From: Candidatus Woesebacteria bacterium RIFCSPHIGHO2_01_FULL_39_32 | Lineage (GTDB): Bacteria > Patescibacteriota > Microgenomatia > UBA8517 | Length of the DNA: 64,000 nucleotides | Direction: 5' to 3' | NCBI GenBank assembly: GCA_001792345.1 | Contig: MGGJ01000013.1 | Location: forward strand, 21,371 to 85,370 | Shown here: piece after piece, positions 62,026 to 64,000 of the stretch | Position numbering within the stretch: position 1 is the stretch's first letter | Layout of the letters: each line of letters opens with the position of its first letter | Made by a program: the position numbers and the translations under genes | The notes under the pieces: model-generated | What the model saw: the letters and a program-made list of their open reading frames with translations, nothing else | The model's database searches: none | What the model was told of the DNA's origin: nothing

Positions 62026-62946
62026 ATGAGTTCACATCGCCTGCGCGCTTATATCTATTTAATACTCACTGCAGCCATTTGGGGGGCAGCCGGACCAATT
62101 ATTAAATACACATTGTCAGGAATTGATCCCCTACCATTTCTCACTTACCGTTTCACGATTGCAGCCATATTTTCTTTAGGCTTTTTTCTTTTAAAAATTA
62201 AAAGAGGTAAGAAATTTCGAAAGTTAAGGGCAAATTTTCCAATCGCAGTATTTTACGGTTTACTTGCCGTTCCAATTGCTCTGGGAATTTTATTTTTTGG
62301 GCTAGACAACTCCACTGTTTTAGATTTAACACTAATCGGCATTATCGGACCCCTGATGGTAACAGCAGGGGGTTCGATATTTTTCCGAGATCGTATAACC
62401 CGTAGGGAAAAGGCTGGCATCTCAATTGTTCTTCTCGGTGTACTGTTAAATTCTTTCTCCCCACTATTCAGAAGTGGGTCTGACGTGAGACTAACGGGAA
62501 ACATTTTACTGTTACTTTTTCTTTCTGCAGACAGCGGCTCAATTCTTGTTGCAAAAAAAGCAGTCCAGAAAAAAATTGTATCGGCAAATCTTACAAACTT
62601 GGCTTTTATTGTTGGAGCCGTTACCTTAATCCCAATAGCACTATTAGCTTATGGGTTAAGTGATTTAATAAACATTATTACCACTCTTCCGCTGAAATAT
62701 CACTTAGGCGTTTGGTATATGGCACTTTTATCAGGCAACCTCGCTTATTTTCTTTATGTGAGAGGCCAGCGATCGATAGAAGTTTCGGAAGCAGTACTTT
62801 TTAATTATCTCCAACCTTTATTTATGGTTCCCTTGGCAATTTTCTGGCTTCATGAAAGCTTATCAACTTCCTTTGTCTTGGGAGGAATAATAATTGCAGT
62901 CGGCCTTGTAATTGCCGAGTCAAAAAAAAGAAGGTATAATACCTGA
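62026..62946 (+). CDS. EamA/DMT family transporter
   Basis: About 10 TM helices with IWG, duplicated EamA pattern and YLQP...A...L.E. Confidence 0.9.
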   Translation: MSSHRLRAYIYLILTAAIWGAAGPIIKYTLSGIDPLPFLTYRFTIAAIFSLGFFLLKIKRGKKFRKLRANFPIAVFYGLLAVPIALGILFFGLDNSTVLDLTLIGIIGPLMVTAGGSIFFRDRITRREKAGISIVLLGVLLNSFSPLFRSGSDVRLTGNILLLLFLSADSGSILVAKKAVQKKIVSANLTNLAFIVGAVTLIPIALLAYGLSDLINIITTLPLKYHLGVWYMALLSGNLAYFLYVRGQRSIEVSEAVLFNYLQPLFMVPLAIFWLHESLSTSFVLGGIIIAVGLVIAESKKRRYNT

Positions 62947-62948
62947 TT

Positions 62949-63269
62949 GTGAAAGCTAGTATTCATCCACAATGGTTTGAGGAAGCAAAGGTAAGTTGCG
63001 CTTGCGGTAATTCATTTACAGTAGGAGCAACTATACCCGAAATACAAGTTGAGGTTTGCTATAACTGTCACCCCTTCTATACAGGCCAGATGAAATATGT
63101 AGATACTGCAGGACGAGTAGATGCATTTCGTACAAAACAGTCTCAAGCCAAAGAGAAAAGAGTTACAAAAACTGAAAAAAGAAGACTAAAGCGCGAGCGC
63201 AAGATTCAGAAAGAACTTGAAAGACCAGAAACTTTGGAAGAGCTTCGAAAAACAGGAAAAAAACACTAG
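62949..63269 (+). CDS. rpmE: 50S ribosomal protein L31 with C-terminal extension
   Basis: Motifs IHP, CACG, CYNCHPFYTG and DTAGRVD. Confidence 0.95.
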   Translation: MKASIHPQWFEEAKVSCACGNSFTVGATIPEIQVEVCYNCHPFYTGQMKYVDTAGRVDAFRTKQSQAKEKRVTKTEKRRLKRERKIQKELERPETLEELRKTGKKH

Positions 63270-63351
63270 TAGCAAGTAGATAGTAGCTTGGGAAATCTCT
63301 TGAATAAACATGCTACAAGCTACCAGCTACATTCTACTTCATTACTTAAAT

Positions 63352-64000
63352 ATGGACTCTACAAAACAAGATAACCAATATAATTCAAATTATCGATCGA
63401 TCGACCTTCCCCAAAAAGCATACATTGAAATTCGTGGAGCAACAGGGGGCGACGAAGCCAAGATCTGGGGAGTAGATCTTCTAAGAATGTATATGCGATA
63501 TGCTGCTAAAAAAGGCTGGAAGGTAACACAACTCGATGAAAAAACTGTCCTGATCTCCGGTTTAAATGCCTTTGATCTTTTGAAAAATGAATCCGGTGTC
63601 CATAGGGTCCAAAGAATCCCTATAACAGAAAAGCGAGGTAGAATTCATACTTCAACGGCAACAGTTGCTGTGTTACCGGAAATAAAAGAATCCGAAATTC
63701 AAGTTAATCCGGGAGATCTTGACTGGCAATTTTTCAGAGCTTCAACTCAGGGAGGTCAAAATGTACAAAAGGTCTCAACGGCGGTAAGGCTTATACATAA
63801 ACCTTCAGGCATAATTGTTACCGCACACGAGGAACGCTTCCAGGAAAGAAACCGCGAAATTGCACTCGATTTACTTCGTGCAAAACTCTGGGAACGCGAA
63901 GAAGAAAGAAAAATTCAAGAGATTGCAGATTACCGCTCCCCTATCGGCCGCGGCATGCGAGCTGAAAAAATCCGCACATATAACTACCCCCAAGATCGGA
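63352..64000 (+). CDS. prfA: Peptide chain release factor 1, N-terminally truncated (runs off window)
   Basis: Motifs IEIRGATGGDEA, ESGVHRVQRIPITE (PxT), QGGQNV and EKIRTYN. Confidence 0.9.
   Translation, partial: MDSTKQDNQYNSNYRSIDLPQKAYIEIRGATGGDEAKIWGVDLLRMYMRYAAKKGWKVTQLDEKTVLISGLNAFDLLKNESGVHRVQRIPITEKRGRIHTSTATVAVLPEIKESEIQVNPGDLDWQFFRASTQGGQNVQKVSTAVRLIHKPSGIIVTAHEERFQERNREIALDLLRAKLWEREEERKIQEIADYRSPIGRGMRAEKIRTYNYPQDR

Overview
A 64 kb chromosomal window from a low-GC, reduced-genome bacterium. Gene content and order point to Patescibacteria/CPR, most like Microgenomates (inference). The evidence is the rpmF-nusB-acp-rnc-rpsP-khpA run, a large type IV pilus locus without a visible secretin, split gyrB/gyrA, an H+-PPase and an N-terminally truncated RF1. 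TGA is used as stop. The housekeeping backbone is interrupted by small AT-rich accessory inserts. Main observations: (1) Two amino-acid-specific modules at aminoacyl-tRNA synthetase loci, each headed by a promoter, a cognate-codon leader peptide and a terminator. One is a YYYY leader before PLP decarboxylase-M20 amidohydrolase-extra TyrRS-TyrRS. The other is an HH leader with a full attenuator before tRNA-His, a 26-aa His-rich peptide, two paralogous unknown (possibly CDPS-like) enzymes, hisS and an EamA transporter. (2) A two-gene graspetide (ATP-grasp RiPP) locus. (3) An intact tRNA-Leu(CAA) nested inside a second, interrupted tRNA-Leu. (4) Integrase-free cargo cassettes bracketed by duplicated 3' ends of protein genes. 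(5) A cluster of dif-like sites beside a Xer recombinase. (6) Several families of small palindromes and heptamer repeats, some inserted in frame in conserved genes. All calls come from motif reading by eye; no database searches were run.
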